37,380 nt of DNA from UHGV virus genome UHGV-0349822, one strand, 5' to 3'. Positions within the stretch are counted from its first letter, which is position 1, and each line of letters begins with the position of its first letter. Of the stretch, positions 7,724 through 16,730 are shown piece by piece. The notes below the pieces were generated by a model. The model was not told where the DNA came from. It was given only the letters and a program-made list of their open reading frames with translations, and did not search any database. Position numbers and translations under genes: made by a program. This DNA is from a virus.

Positions 7724-7795
7724 CCTAGCATTCTGGTTTACAATTCGCACACCAGCCTGAACAACTGGCACCTGCTGCGCCAGCAGAGACAACCG

Positions 7796-8074
7796 ATGGC
7801 GCACGATACCAAATTACACAATTCTGATAATTCAGCCGTCTTTGCCAGCAGGCGCGGACGGTGTTTTCACGCATTCAAATCTGACTGGTACCAGCATCCC
7901 CCATGCACTGAAGAACAGGCCGAATGGCTCATTCAGTGTTACCGCAGGCGCGGATACGAGGTTAAAAAAGCCCTTAGCCTCGACTACCGTCACTGGATAA
8001 TCTCCGTCAGGCTTCCTTACTCTGAACGCCCACCGCGTCCGTCCCGCACATTCCAGCAACGCATCTGGAGGTAA
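7796..8074 (+). CDS. hypothetical protein (about 92 aa)
   Basis: In-frame ATG at 7796 within track ORF 7667-8074; the upstream part of that ORF overlaps the hok terminator. Confidence 0.35.
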   Translation: MAHDTKLHNSDNSAVFASRRGRCFHAFKSDWYQHPPCTEEQAEWLIQCYRRRGYEVKKALSLDYRHWIISVRLPYSERPPRPSRTFQQRIWR

Positions 8075-8075
8075 C

Positions 8076-9125
8076 GTGCGGGTATTACTTCGACCTGTTC
8101 TGGTACCGGAACTCGGGCTGGTGATCGTTAAGCCGGGCCGTGAATCCATGCCGGTATTCCACAATACCCGGGTACTGGTGGAGCCGGAACCGAAAAGCAT
8201 GCGTAATCTGCCGTCCGGGGTCGTTCCTGCCGTTCGCCAGCCGCTGGCGGAGGATAAATCATTACTGCCATTTTTCAGCGACGAACGAGTGATTCGTGCT
8301 GCTGGTGGCGCTGGCGCATTGTCTGACTGGTTACTGCGCCATGTTAAATCCTGCCAGTGGCCACACGGCGATTATCACCACAGTGAAACCGTCATTCACC
8401 GTTATGGTACCGGCGCAATGGTGTTGTGCTGGCACTGCGACAACCAGTTGCGTGACCAGACCTCCGAATCACTTGAGCAACTTGCTCACCAAAACCTGTC
8501 AGCATGGATGATTGACGTCATTCGTCACGCAATGAATGGCACACAGGAGCGTGAATTATCGCTGGCTGAATTATCCTGCTGGGCGGCCTGCAATCAGGTG
8601 GTGGATGCACTACCTGAGGCAGTAGCGCGTCGTTCGCTGGGATTACCAGCGGAAAAAATCCGCTCCGTATACCGTGAGAGTGACATCGTACCGGGAGAAC
8701 AGACAGCCATCAGCATACTGAAGCAGCGCACAAAAAATATTGCGCTGCCACTTCACGTCCACCAGCAACAAAATCCACCACAGGAAAAGACGGTGGTCAG
8801 CATTGCCGTTGATCCGGAGTCTCCGGAATCCTTCATGAAACGACCTAAACGTCGCCGCTGGGTTAACGAGAAATACACGCGCTGGGTGAAGACACAGCCG
8901 TGTGCGTGTTGTGGTAAGCCAGCCGACGATCCCCATCACCTGATTGGTCATGGTCAGGGCGGAATGGGGACAAAATCTCACGATATTTTCACGCTACCGC
9001 TGTGTCGGGAGCATCACAACGAGTTTCATGCGAATCCTCTGGCGTTCGAAGAAAAGCATGGTTCTCAGGTTGATTTAATTTTTCGTTTTCTTGATCACGC
9101 CTTTGCAACTGGCGTGCTTGGGTAA
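8076..9125 (+). CDS. DUF968-type prophage protein (YdfU-like) with C-terminal HNH-like Cys/His cluster
   Basis: 349 aa; GTG start after GGAGG; C-terminal CACCGK...PHHLIGHG...CREHHNEFH motif; sits just upstream of rusA and the Q-like gene, as in Qin/DLP12-type prophages. Confidence 0.65.
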   Translation: MRVLLRPVLVPELGLVIVKPGRESMPVFHNTRVLVEPEPKSMRNLPSGVVPAVRQPLAEDKSLLPFFSDERVIRAAGGAGALSDWLLRHVKSCQWPHGDYHHSETVIHRYGTGAMVLCWHCDNQLRDQTSESLEQLAHQNLSAWMIDVIRHAMNGTQERELSLAELSCWAACNQVVDALPEAVARRSLGLPAEKIRSVYRESDIVPGEQTAISILKQRTKNIALPLHVHQQQNPPQEKTVVSIAVDPESPESFMKRPKRRRWVNEKYTRWVKTQPCACCGKPADDPHHLIGHGQGGMGTKSHDIFTLPLCREHHNEFHANPLAFEEKHGSQVDLIFRFLDHAFATGVLG

Positions 9126-9137
9126 AAGAGGTGACTG

Positions 9138-9497
9138 ATGCTCATAGATTTGGTTTTACCTTACCCGCCGACGGTGAACACTTACTGGCGACGCCGTGGC
9201 AGCACATATTTTGTATCAAAAGTCGGTGAGCGTTATCGCCGTGATGTGGCGCTTATTGTTCGCCAGCAGCAACTGAAATTAAACCTGTCCGGAAGGCCGG
9301 CAATAGAAATTATTGCAGAGCCACCGGATAAGCGCCGTCGTGACCTGGACAATATCCTGAAGGCACCACTGGATGTACTGACGCATGCGGGGCTGCTCAT
9401 AGACGACGAGCAGTTTGATGAAATTAATATTGTGCGCGGTCAGCTTGTTCCTGGTGGGCGGTTGGGGATAAAAATCACAGAACTGGAGTATGCATGA
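9138..9497 (+). CDS. rusA: Holliday-junction resolvase RusA
   Basis: 119 aa; RusA-like motifs (YPPTVNTYW...RRRDLDN...GGRLGIKITE) comparable to E. coli RusA. Confidence 0.85.
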   Translation: MLIDLVLPYPPTVNTYWRRRGSTYFVSKVGERYRRDVALIVRQQQLKLNLSGRPAIEIIAEPPDKRRRDLDNILKAPLDVLTHAGLLIDDEQFDEINIVRGQLVPGGRLGIKITELEYA

Positions 9498-10183
9498 ATA
9501 ACCAGTATTTACAGTTTGTTCGTGAGCAACTCATGATTGCCACCGCCGATTTGAGTGGATCAACAAAAGGGCAGCTTGAGGCCTGGCAGGAGAATGCCAT
9601 GTTTGATACAGGGCGTTACAGGCGTAAAAAAATCCGGTACCGCGATGAAGTGACTGGAAAAATGATAACGCGGGATAATCCACCAATCCCGGGAAAGCAA
9701 TCGCTGGCGAAGGGGGCGTCAATTCCTCTCGTCAGTCCGGTTGAGTTTTTGACATCATCGTGGCGGCGGGCTGTTCTGTCTCTTGAAGAACATCATAAAG
9801 CCTGGTTGTTGTGGTGTTACAGCGGGAGTATTTGTTGGGAATATCAGATCGCGATAACGCAGTGGGTGTGGAATGAATTTAAAACCCGGTACGGCACCAG
9901 AAAAATTGCAGGGAAAACGCAGGAGCGCGTGAAGAAGTTGATCTGGCTGGCGGCACAGGATGTCAGAGGATGGATTACCGGGTGTGAGGTCTACCAGAGA
10001 CAGGAGCTTGCCAGACTGTGTGGAGTTAAGCCTGATAACTGGAGCCATAATTATGCGAACTACTGGCGTGAGATGTGCGATATTTTTAAGAGTCTCGATA
10101 GAGAATCTGTGATTTGCACCGTGAAAATAAGAGCGCAACAAAAAGCGATTTTTTCACGACGAGATATTGCAAAAGTCAATTAA
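9494..10183 (+). CDS. putative late-gene antiterminator (Q-like)
   Basis: 229 aa; ATGA overlap with rusA; followed by a promoter-like segment and a short hairpin with a T8 run (tR'-like), then the late-gene block. Position-based call. Confidence 0.45.
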   Translation: MNNQYLQFVREQLMIATADLSGSTKGQLEAWQENAMFDTGRYRRKKIRYRDEVTGKMITRDNPPIPGKQSLAKGASIPLVSPVEFLTSSWRRAVLSLEEHHKAWLLWCYSGSICWEYQIAITQWVWNEFKTRYGTRKIAGKTQERVKKLIWLAAQDVRGWITGCEVYQRQELARLCGVKPDNWSHNYANYWREMCDIFKSLDRESVICTVKIRAQQKAIFSRRDIAKVN

Positions 10184-10242
10184 ATAGCGTACGTTTCGTA
10201 TAAATCTGATATTTTGCCGATTTTGTACGCGATGGCAAAGTA

Positions 10243-10275
10243 AGAAAAAAAACTGCCGTCAGGCGGTTTTTTTTA
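10243..10275 (+). terminator. tR'-like intrinsic terminator downstream of the Q-like gene
   Basis: A8 run, short GC hairpin (CTGCC-GTCA-GGCGG), then T8 run; a candidate pR' (TTGCCG ... ) lies just upstream. Confidence 0.45.
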
Positions 10276-10396
10276 TGCCCAAAATCGCGTCAGCACAGTA
10301 AACACGCTGGTGGTTGCGAATACGGGTCTTTCAGCTTGCTGGCTTTTTCGACAAGAGTTATTGGTATGTCACGTTAACCGGAAAAAGGAAAAAGAC

Positions 10397-10594
10397 ATGC
10401 TAAAACAGCAGGATATGACAGAAACCGCCAGAGTGGTGTTTAATGAATTAAGCGTTACCGAACCGGCGACAGTCGGGGAGATAGCGCAGAATACTTACCT
10501 TTCACGCGAACGCTGCCAGTTAATACTGACTCAGCTGGTTATGGCGGGTCTGGCAGACTATCAGTTCGGTTGTTACAGACGCCTTCCGCAGTGA
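10397..10594 (+). CDS. small hypothetical protein (about 65 aa)
   Basis: In-frame ATG at 10397 after GGAAAAAGGAAAAAG within track ORF 10310-10594. Confidence 0.35.
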   Translation: MLKQQDMTETARVVFNELSVTEPATVGEIAQNTYLSRERCQLILTQLVMAGLADYQFGCYRRLPQ

Positions 10595-10621
10595 AGGCTT
10601 TTTTATTTGTGGTAAATGGGC

Positions 10622-10652
10622 GGCTGGTGGGTGTTAGGGGCACCCACCAGCC
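10622..10652. other. perfect 12-bp-stem hairpin (GGCTGGTGGGTG / CACCCACCAGCC) with 7-nt loop, no flanking U-run
   Basis: Read directly from the sequence; lies between the small ORF and the methyltransferase gene. Confidence 0.5.
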
Positions 10653-10744
10653 ATCTGCTCATGCGTTGGGTTCACAAGCAAACCTCAGGCCCACTGCTTT
10701 GCGCAAAAGCAGAATGAGCCTATCAGAGACAGGCTTAATGATCC

Positions 10745-11794
10745 ATGCTTAATACTGTAAAAATATCCAGTTGTGAGTTAATCAACGCCGACTGCCTGGA
10801 ATTTATCCGGTCGTTACCCGAAAATTCTGTTGACCTGATAGTCACGGACCCGCCGTACTTTAAAGTGAAGCCTGAGGGCTGGGATAACCAGTGGAAGGGC
10901 GACGATGATTACCTGAAGTGGCTGGACCAGTGTCTGGCGCAGTTCTGGCGGGTGCTGAAACCTGTCGGAAGTCTTTACCTGTTCTGTGGTCATCGCCTGG
11001 CATCTGATATCGAAATCATGATGCGTGAACGCTTCAGTGTGCTGAACCATATTATCTGGGCGAAGCCGTCCGGACGCTGGAACGGATGCAACAAGGAAAG
11101 CCTGCGGGCGTATTTCCCCGCCACAGAGCGCATTCTGTTCGCGGAACATTATCAGGGGCCGTATCGTCCGAAAGATGCCGGGTATGCGGCGAAGGGCAGT
11201 GCACTGAAACAGCATGTGATGGCCCCGCTGATTTCTTACTTTCGTGATGCGCGCGCGGCCCTGGGGATAACGGCAAAACAGATTGCAGATGCCACAGGAA
11301 AGAAAAACATGGTGTCGCACTGGTTCAGTGCCAGTCAGTGGCAGCTACCGAACGAAAGCGATTATCTGAAATTACAGTCGCTGTTTGCCCGGGTGGCAGA
11401 AGAGAAACATCAGCGCGGTGAACTGGAAAAGCCCCACCACCAGCTGGTGGATACGTATACGTCACTGAACCGGCAGTATGTGGAGCTGCAGAGTGAATAT
11501 AAGCATCTGCGGCGGTATTTTGGTGTGACGGCGCAGGTGCCGTACACGGATGTGTGGACACATAAACCGGTGCAGTTCTATCCCGGGAAACATCCGTGCG
11601 AAAAACCGGCAGAAATGCTGCAGCAGATAATCAGCGCAAGCAGTCGTCCGGGTGACCTGGTTGCAGATTTTTTTATGGGCTCAGGTTCAACGGTAAAAGC
11701 TGCACTGGCGCTCGGGCGTCGTGCGATTGGCGTTGAACTGGAGACCGGACGTTTTGAGCAGACAGTCAGGGAAGTTCAGGATTTAATCGTTTGA
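10745..11794 (+). CDS. DNA amino-methyltransferase (N6-adenine or N4-cytosine), beta-class motif order
   Basis: 349 aa; DPPY catalytic motif near the N-terminus (LIVTDPPYF) and AdoMet-binding FxGxG (DFFMGSGST) near the C-terminus. Confidence 0.8.
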   Translation: MLNTVKISSCELINADCLEFIRSLPENSVDLIVTDPPYFKVKPEGWDNQWKGDDDYLKWLDQCLAQFWRVLKPVGSLYLFCGHRLASDIEIMMRERFSVLNHIIWAKPSGRWNGCNKESLRAYFPATERILFAEHYQGPYRPKDAGYAAKGSALKQHVMAPLISYFRDARAALGITAKQIADATGKKNMVSHWFSASQWQLPNESDYLKLQSLFARVAEEKHQRGELEKPHHQLVDTYTSLNRQYVELQSEYKHLRRYFGVTAQVPYTDVWTHKPVQFYPGKHPCEKPAEMLQQIISASSRPGDLVADFFMGSGSTVKAALALGRRAIGVELETGRFEQTVREVQDLIV

Positions 11795-11843
11795 AACGGA
11801 TGAGATTGCAGAATTAATTACGCACCATTATTATTCTGCTTCC

Positions 11844-11919
11844 GGCCCTTTAGCTCAGTGGTGAGAGCGAGCGACTCATAATCGCCAGGTCGCTGGTTCA
11901 AATCCAGCAAGGGCCACCA
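11844..11919 (+). tRNA. tRNA with CAU anticodon (likely Ile2/ileZ-like, AUA-decoding after lysidine modification; could be Met)
   Basis: 76 nt; acceptor stem GGCCCTT/AAGGGCC, anticodon loop CUCAUAA, T-arm GGTTCAAATCC, 3' CCA. Confidence 0.8.
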
Positions 11920-12019
11920 TCACAAACCGCCATTAGCTTATCAGGAAGAGCAGACGACACGATAACAGGGTTGTTGGTGCGGGGGCGGGTCCCCGATGGC
12001 GGTCCATTATCGGTATTCA

Positions 12020-12096
12020 GCGTTGTTAGCTCAGCCGGACAGAGCAATTGCCTTCTAAGCAATCGGTTACTGGTTCGAATCCAGTACAGCGCGCCA
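12020..12096 (+). tRNA. tRNA-Arg (anticodon UCU, AGA-decoding)
   Basis: 77 nt; acceptor GCGTTGT/ACAGCGC, anticodon loop CUUCUAA, T-arm GGTTCGAATCC, 3' CCA. Confidence 0.8.
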
Positions 12097-12203
12097 TATT
12101 CATTCTTCCAGATTCCTTTCGGCAGAGCCTTATACTGAAATATACCTGGCTCAGGATATTGTTGAAAATATTATATGTTTGTCAAAAATAAAAGTTCTGT
12201 TAA

Positions 12204-12560
12204 GTGTTGATTGAGAGTTTGTTATACGGTCTAATGGTTTTTTCAGCATTAAATATTTATCATTCATATGGTGTGGGTAGAGTGAATATTGATGAGGCGT
12301 CGGGGTGTTTCATCCTTAGGCAGCGTATTGATATAGTCAATGCAGAACGAGCAAAGGCCTTCAGCCGTTTGACAGTTTTGTTCTGTACTCCTGATCGTCT
12401 TTCGGGAAGAGACGTTATTATTCTGAATAGTGATGCTATACAGAGGGTTTGCGATGAGTTCATGGTGGCTAATTCAGAATTATTTGCTCTTGTTCAGGAG
12501 TACAACAGAATAGCCAGGACCTGTGGTATGGATGAACTTCGGATTACTCATCTGGGGTAG
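12204..12560 (+). CDS. hypothetical cargo protein (118 aa) at the stx-equivalent locus
   Basis: ORF in track (GTG start; alternative ATG at 12233); AT-rich; same orientation as late genes. Confidence 0.35.
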   Translation: MLIESLLYGLMVFSALNIYHSYGVGRVNIDEASGCFILRQRIDIVNAERAKAFSRLTVLFCTPDRLSGRDVIILNSDAIQRVCDEFMVANSELFALVQEYNRIARTCGMDELRITHLG

Positions 12561-12951
12561 ATACATATCTGGATTATCACCGGTTACGGTAAAAAGTGAT
12601 TGCTTACTGTTTTTGTGAATGGCATTGCAGCAGCCGGATAATGTCAGTGCTGGCTGACGGTGTGCTGGTGGCGGGTGTGGTGGTTGCTGCTTTCCCGTTG
12701 CTGAAAAAGAAAACGCCAGACTGTTAGCCGGGTATCAGTTAGCGGGAGAAATTTTTAAATACTTCACAATTCAGGCGGTTGACTGTTGTCTGGTTTGCGG
12801 GGAGTTTGTTAAAAGAAACTGGCATGGTGAATCCCCCTGTGCGGAGGGGCAATCAGCGAGTAGGTATATGGGATAATCGCGGATTCAGGTGCTGGTACTG
12901 AATTCACCGGGAGGCACCCGGCACCATGCAATGGCACATAGCGCCACTCTC

Positions 12952-12980
12952 CAGCCCCTCTCCGGAGGGGCTGTTTATAT
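12952..12980 (+). terminator. intrinsic terminator
   Basis: 9-bp stem CAGCCCCTC/GAGGGGCTG with TCCG loop, followed by TTTATATTGATTTT. Confidence 0.45.
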
Positions 12981-13007
12981 TGATTTTGTCAGATGTGAGT
13001 AAACTCC

Positions 13008-13343
13008 TTATGGACTTTGTTGTTTTAGCCCATAAGGACATATTTGCAGAGTGCAACGGTTATTAAAGCATTCATTCAATACGTTATCTGTATTTGTAGG
13101 GCATTCCTGGCTGTTTTTGATTAAATTCCAGAATGTTTTATTGAATGGTACTACGTTGTAAATGGTTACAGGCAGCACTTTGTTATTGAGCATGATGCCT
13201 GTGTGAGTCAGTGTAAATATACTTTCAGGAGGTAAGAAAGCATCCGATTGATACCAGATTATTAATTTTATTTTACTCCATATGACTGAAAAAGATATTC
13301 CGCATGATGGCTGGATAACTGTATCAATCACAATCCACTTCAT
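13008..13343 (-). CDS. hypothetical cargo protein (111 aa), antisense to late transcription
   Basis: ORF in track; AT-rich; convergent with ORF 12204-12560. Confidence 0.3.
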   Translation of the reverse strand: MKWIVIDTVIQPSCGISFSVIWSKIKLIIWYQSDAFLPPESIFTLTHTGIMLNNKVLPVTIYNVVPFNKTFWNLIKNSQECPTNTDNVLNECFNNRCTLQICPYGLKQQSP

Positions 13344-13588
13344 TTAGTTTCCTTGTTTATGCCTTGCTGGTGATGTTCTGAAAAGTATAAATGATATTTT
13401 TGATTGTAAACCATAGAGCAGAATTATTTTTCTGATGTTGTTTATTGTTTATTTAAATGCAGGGTGGTTTATATCTCGTCTTGTAGTTTATCCATGCATA
13501 TCTGCTTGATGATGAGGTTTTTAATTAAGGTATGGTTTTGTGTTTTTTCTGTATTACATGTCAGGTATTTTAAAGAATCATTTTTCAG

Positions 13589-15457
13589 ATGGTGGAAAGA
13601 ACCATGGCATTTAAACACTATGATGTTGTCAGGGCGGCGTCGCCGTCAGATCTTGCGGAAAAGCTGACACATAAACTGAAAGAGGGCTGGCAGCCGTTTG
13701 GTAGTCCGGTGGCCATAACCCCTTATACCCTGATGCAGGCGATTGCAGCAGAAGGTGATGTGGTCGTCAGTGGTGCAACTGAGCCGGAGTGGTACTACGT
13801 CATCGTACTGGCCGGGCAGTCCAATGCCATGGCTTACGGTGAAGGGCTTCCGCTTCCGGATTCATACGATGCGCCCCATCCGCGCATTAAGCAACTGGCC
13901 CGTCGTAACACAGTGACTCCCGGTGGTGAAGTATGCGTATTTAACGACATCATTCCTGCTGACCATTGTCTGCATGATGTTCAGGATATGAGTACGATTA
14001 ACCATCCCCGGGCTGACCTGAGCAAAGGGCAGTACGGCTGTGTCGGACAGGGCTTACATATTGCCAAAAAACTGCTTCCGTATATCCCTAATAACGCGGG
14101 GATCCTGCTGGTACCATGCTGTCGTGGTGGTTCGGCATTCACCCAGGGCACGGAGGGGACATTCAGCGAGTCCACGGGGGCCAGTCAGGATTCGGCTCGC
14201 TGGGGAGTGGGTAAGCCGTTATATCAGGATCTGCTTTTCCGCACGAAGGCAGCATTGCAGAAAAACCCGAAAAACGTTTTGCTGGCGATATGCTGGATGC
14301 AGGGGGAATTCGATATGACGAATGCCAGTTACGCCCAGCAGCCAGCAGCATTTCTTGCAATGGTACAGCAGTTCCGTGCTGACCTTGCCGGGCTGGCGGC
14401 GCAGTGTCACGGTGGAAGTCCGGCATCAGTCCCCTGGATTTGTGGCGACACGACATACGCGTGGAAACAAGAACACGGTACGCAATATGAAGTGGTATAT
14501 GGTGCATATAAAGGTAAAGAATCCCAGCAGATTTATTTTGTTCCCTTTATGACCGATGGTAGCGGAGTTAATACACCGACAAACAACCCGTCAGAAGATC
14601 CTGATATTGTCGGGTCTGGTTATTACGGTTCGGCATCCCGAACGAACAAAAACTGGGTATCATCAAATCGCCCGACGCATTTCAGCTCATGGGCGCGTCG
14701 TGGCATTATTCCCGATCGTATGGCAACCGCTATTCTGAACGCAGCCGGGCGCACCTCAGCCTTCATCAGTGGTAAGGCACCGGAAATCAAACCCTCGCCC
14801 GGCGGCGACACGCCATCGGGTCCGTCTGCAGATACGTCCGTTCGCACAATCTCCCTGCTGCCGACAGCCGGAGAGGCTGCTGCGCAGGGCTGGAGCATTA
14901 AGAATGGCGGAATTCAGTTGTCAGATGGTGTATTTAAGATCACCAAGCAGAGCAATAAAGCCTGGTCCCTGACGCGCCCGGTGGATGACGCAGTCTCCCT
15001 GCTGACACGGGGTGGCAGACTGAGCTGTAAGTTTCGACTGTCAGGCGCACTGACCAACAACCAGTTCGGTCTGGGAATTTATCTGTATACCGATGTAGCG
15101 TTACCTGACGTCGTGGCGATGACCGGGACTGGTAACCCGTTCCTGATGTCGTTCTTCACCCAGACCACAGACGGCAAACTGAATCTGATGCATCACAAGA
15201 AAGCCGGAAACACAAAGTTGGGCGAGTTCGGGAATTACAGTAACGACTGGCAGACGCTGGAGCTGGTGTTCACCGCCGGCAGTGCCACGGTTACTCCGAA
15301 ACTGAATGGAGTGGCTGGCCCGGCATTCCAGGTCATAAAAGACAGTCTGACAGTGGGACTAAATGCACTGACGCTGACGGATATTACCAAAAATGCAACG
15401 TATGGCGTTGAGATAGAAAGTCTGGTGCTGGAGATAAATGCACCGGCATCATCATAA
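13589..15457 (+). CDS. prophage sialate O-acetylesterase-like protein (DUF1737 N-terminus + SGNH esterase), like the nanS-p gene found downstream of stx in Stx phages
   Basis: 622 aa; GQSN block ([14 protein letters not shown]) typical of sialate O-acetylesterases; located immediately before the holin. Start may be the second ATG at 13604. Confidence 0.75.
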   Translation: MVERTMAFKHYDVVRAASPSDLAEKLTHKLKEGWQPFGSPVAITPYTLMQAIAAEGDVVVSGATEPEWYYVIVLAGQSNAMAYGEGLPLPDSYDAPHPRIKQLARRNTVTPGGEVCVFNDIIPADHCLHDVQDMSTINHPRADLSKGQYGCVGQGLHIAKKLLPYIPNNAGILLVPCCRGGSAFTQGTEGTFSESTGASQDSARWGVGKPLYQDLLFRTKAALQKNPKNVLLAICWMQGEFDMTNASYAQQPAAFLAMVQQFRADLAGLAAQCHGGSPASVPWICGDTTYAWKQEHGTQYEVVYGAYKGKESQQIYFVPFMTDGSGVNTPTNNPSEDPDIVGSGYYGSASRTNKNWVSSNRPTHFSSWARRGIIPDRMATAILNAAGRTSAFISGKAPEIKPSPGGDTPSGPSADTSVRTISLLPTAGEAAAQGWSIKNGGIQLSDGVFKITKQSNKAWSLTRPVDDAVSLLTRGGRLSCKFRLSGALTNNQFGLGIYLYTDVALPDVVAMTGTGNPFLMSFFTQTTDGKLNLMHHKKAGNTKLGEFGNYSNDWQTLELVFTAGSATVTPKLNGVAGPAFQVIKDSLTVGLNALTLTDITKNATYGVEIESLVLEINAPASS

Positions 15458-15606
15458 AAAGTGAGCCAGTCAAATGGAAGGTATCGTTAAACTCACCGGT
15501 AGTGTCAGTGGGTCGTCTGAGACGCCTGCATGAGTTATCAGAGCCATCAGTACTTAACTGGTGGCTTTTTTATTGTTGTCAGCTTCCGGATAACGGGAGA
15601 CGGGGT

Positions 15607-15822
15607 ATGTACCAGATGGAAAAAATCACAACAGGTGTGTCATACACCACGTCAGCGGTGGGAACGGGCTACTGGTTCCTGCAGTTGCTGGACAGGGTTT
15701 CCCCGTCTCAGTGGGCGGCAATAGGCGTGCTGGGGAGTCTGCTGTTTGGGCTGCTGACATATCTGACTAACCTGTATTTCAAAATCAGAGAGGACCGTCG
15801 TAAGGCTGCACGGGGAGAGTAA
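15607..15822 (+). CDS. pinholin (phage 21 S21-like holin)
   Basis: [71 protein letters not shown]; two TM segments and a charged C-terminus, close to the remembered S21 sequence. Confidence 0.8.
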   Translation: MYQMEKITTGVSYTTSAVGTGYWFLQLLDRVSPSQWAAIGVLGSLLFGLLTYLTNLYFKIREDRRKAARGE

Positions 15823-15826
15823 TTCA

Positions 15827-16141
15827 ATGACTCAAAACTATAAACTGATTGTGAAAGGGATCCGCAATTTTGAGAATAAAGTTACGGTAACTTTAGCGTT
15901 ACGGGACAAAAAACGCTTTGACGGTGAAATTTTTGACCTGGACATCTCGCTGGACCGTGTTGAAGGTGCCGCGCTGGAGTTTTATGAGGCAGCAGCCAGA
16001 AGGAGCATCAGACAGGTCTTCCTGGATGTTGCTGCCGGGTTATGTGAAGGGGACGAGCTGTTGCCAGAAACGCGCCCCTGTTCAGAGGCGCGGTATACCA
16101 TAAAAATTAACAGTTCTGATAACTCGATTACGGGTTGTTAG
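15827..16141 (+). CDS. hypothetical protein between holin and endolysin (YdfR-like position)
   Basis: 104-aa ORF in track, same position as ydfR between holin and lysozyme in the Qin prophage. Confidence 0.5.
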   Translation: MTQNYKLIVKGIRNFENKVTVTLALRDKKRFDGEIFDLDISLDRVEGAALEFYEAAARRSIRQVFLDVAAGLCEGDELLPETRPCSEARYTIKINSSDNSITGC

Positions 16142-16196
16142 CTTTTTGCAGTTGGCTTTCCGGTATCTTTCATTGGTAGCATCCTGATAAATATCC

Positions 16197-16730
16197 ATGA
16201 GCGCAAAAATCAAATACGGCCTGTCAGCTGCTGTTCTGGCGCTGATTGCTGCAGGCGCGTCTGCTCCTCAAATACTTGACCAGTTTCTGGATGAAAAAGA
16301 GGGTAACCACACTACGGCATACCGCGATGGTTCCGGTTTATGGACCATCTGTCGTGGTGCCACAATGGTGGATGGTAAGCCCGTCATACCGGGAATGAAG
16401 CTGTCGAAGGAAAAATGCGACCAGGTTAACGCTATTGAACGTGATAAGGCGCTGGCATGGGTGGAGCGCAATATTAAAGTACCACTGACCGAACCACAGA
16501 AAGCGGGTATAGCGTCATTCTGTCCCTATAACATTGGCCCCGGTAAGTGTTTCCCGTCGACGTTTTATAAGCGGCTGAATGCCGGTGATCGTAAGGGCGC
16601 ATGCGAGGCGATTCGCTGGTGGATAAAAGATGGTGGGCACGATTGCCGCATACGTTCAAATAACTGCTATGGACAGGTTATTCGTCGTGACCAGGAAAGC
16701 GCATTAGCCTGTTGGGGGATAGATCAGTGA
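16197..16730 (+). CDS. SAR endolysin (T4-lysozyme-like muramidase with N-terminal signal-anchor-release domain)
   Basis: 177 aa; N-terminal weakly hydrophobic SAR segment ([17 protein letters not shown]) followed by an E...D...T catalytic region ([23 protein letters not shown]). Confidence 0.8.
   Translation: MSAKIKYGLSAAVLALIAAGASAPQILDQFLDEKEGNHTTAYRDGSGLWTICRGATMVDGKPVIPGMKLSKEKCDQVNAIERDKALAWVERNIKVPLTEPQKAGIASFCPYNIGPGKCFPSTFYKRLNAGDRKGACEAIRWWIKDGGHDCRIRSNNCYGQVIRRDQESALACWGIDQ

Noticed and set aside
11920-12019. Possible third tRNA between the two annotated tRNAs
   Set aside because: No acceptor stem and T-arm pairing of tRNA length could be found by eye; at most a degenerate remnant.
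12097-13588. Shiga toxin genes stxA/stxB expected at this locus from the Stx-phage-like gene order
   Set aside because: No ORF of StxA size (~319 aa) or a signal-peptide-bearing ~89-aa B subunit is present; the ORFs here do not resemble either.
13464-13667. 67-aa ORF overlapping the start of the esterase gene
   Set aside because: Overlaps the better-supported 622-aa gene in another frame; AT-rich promoter-like DNA.
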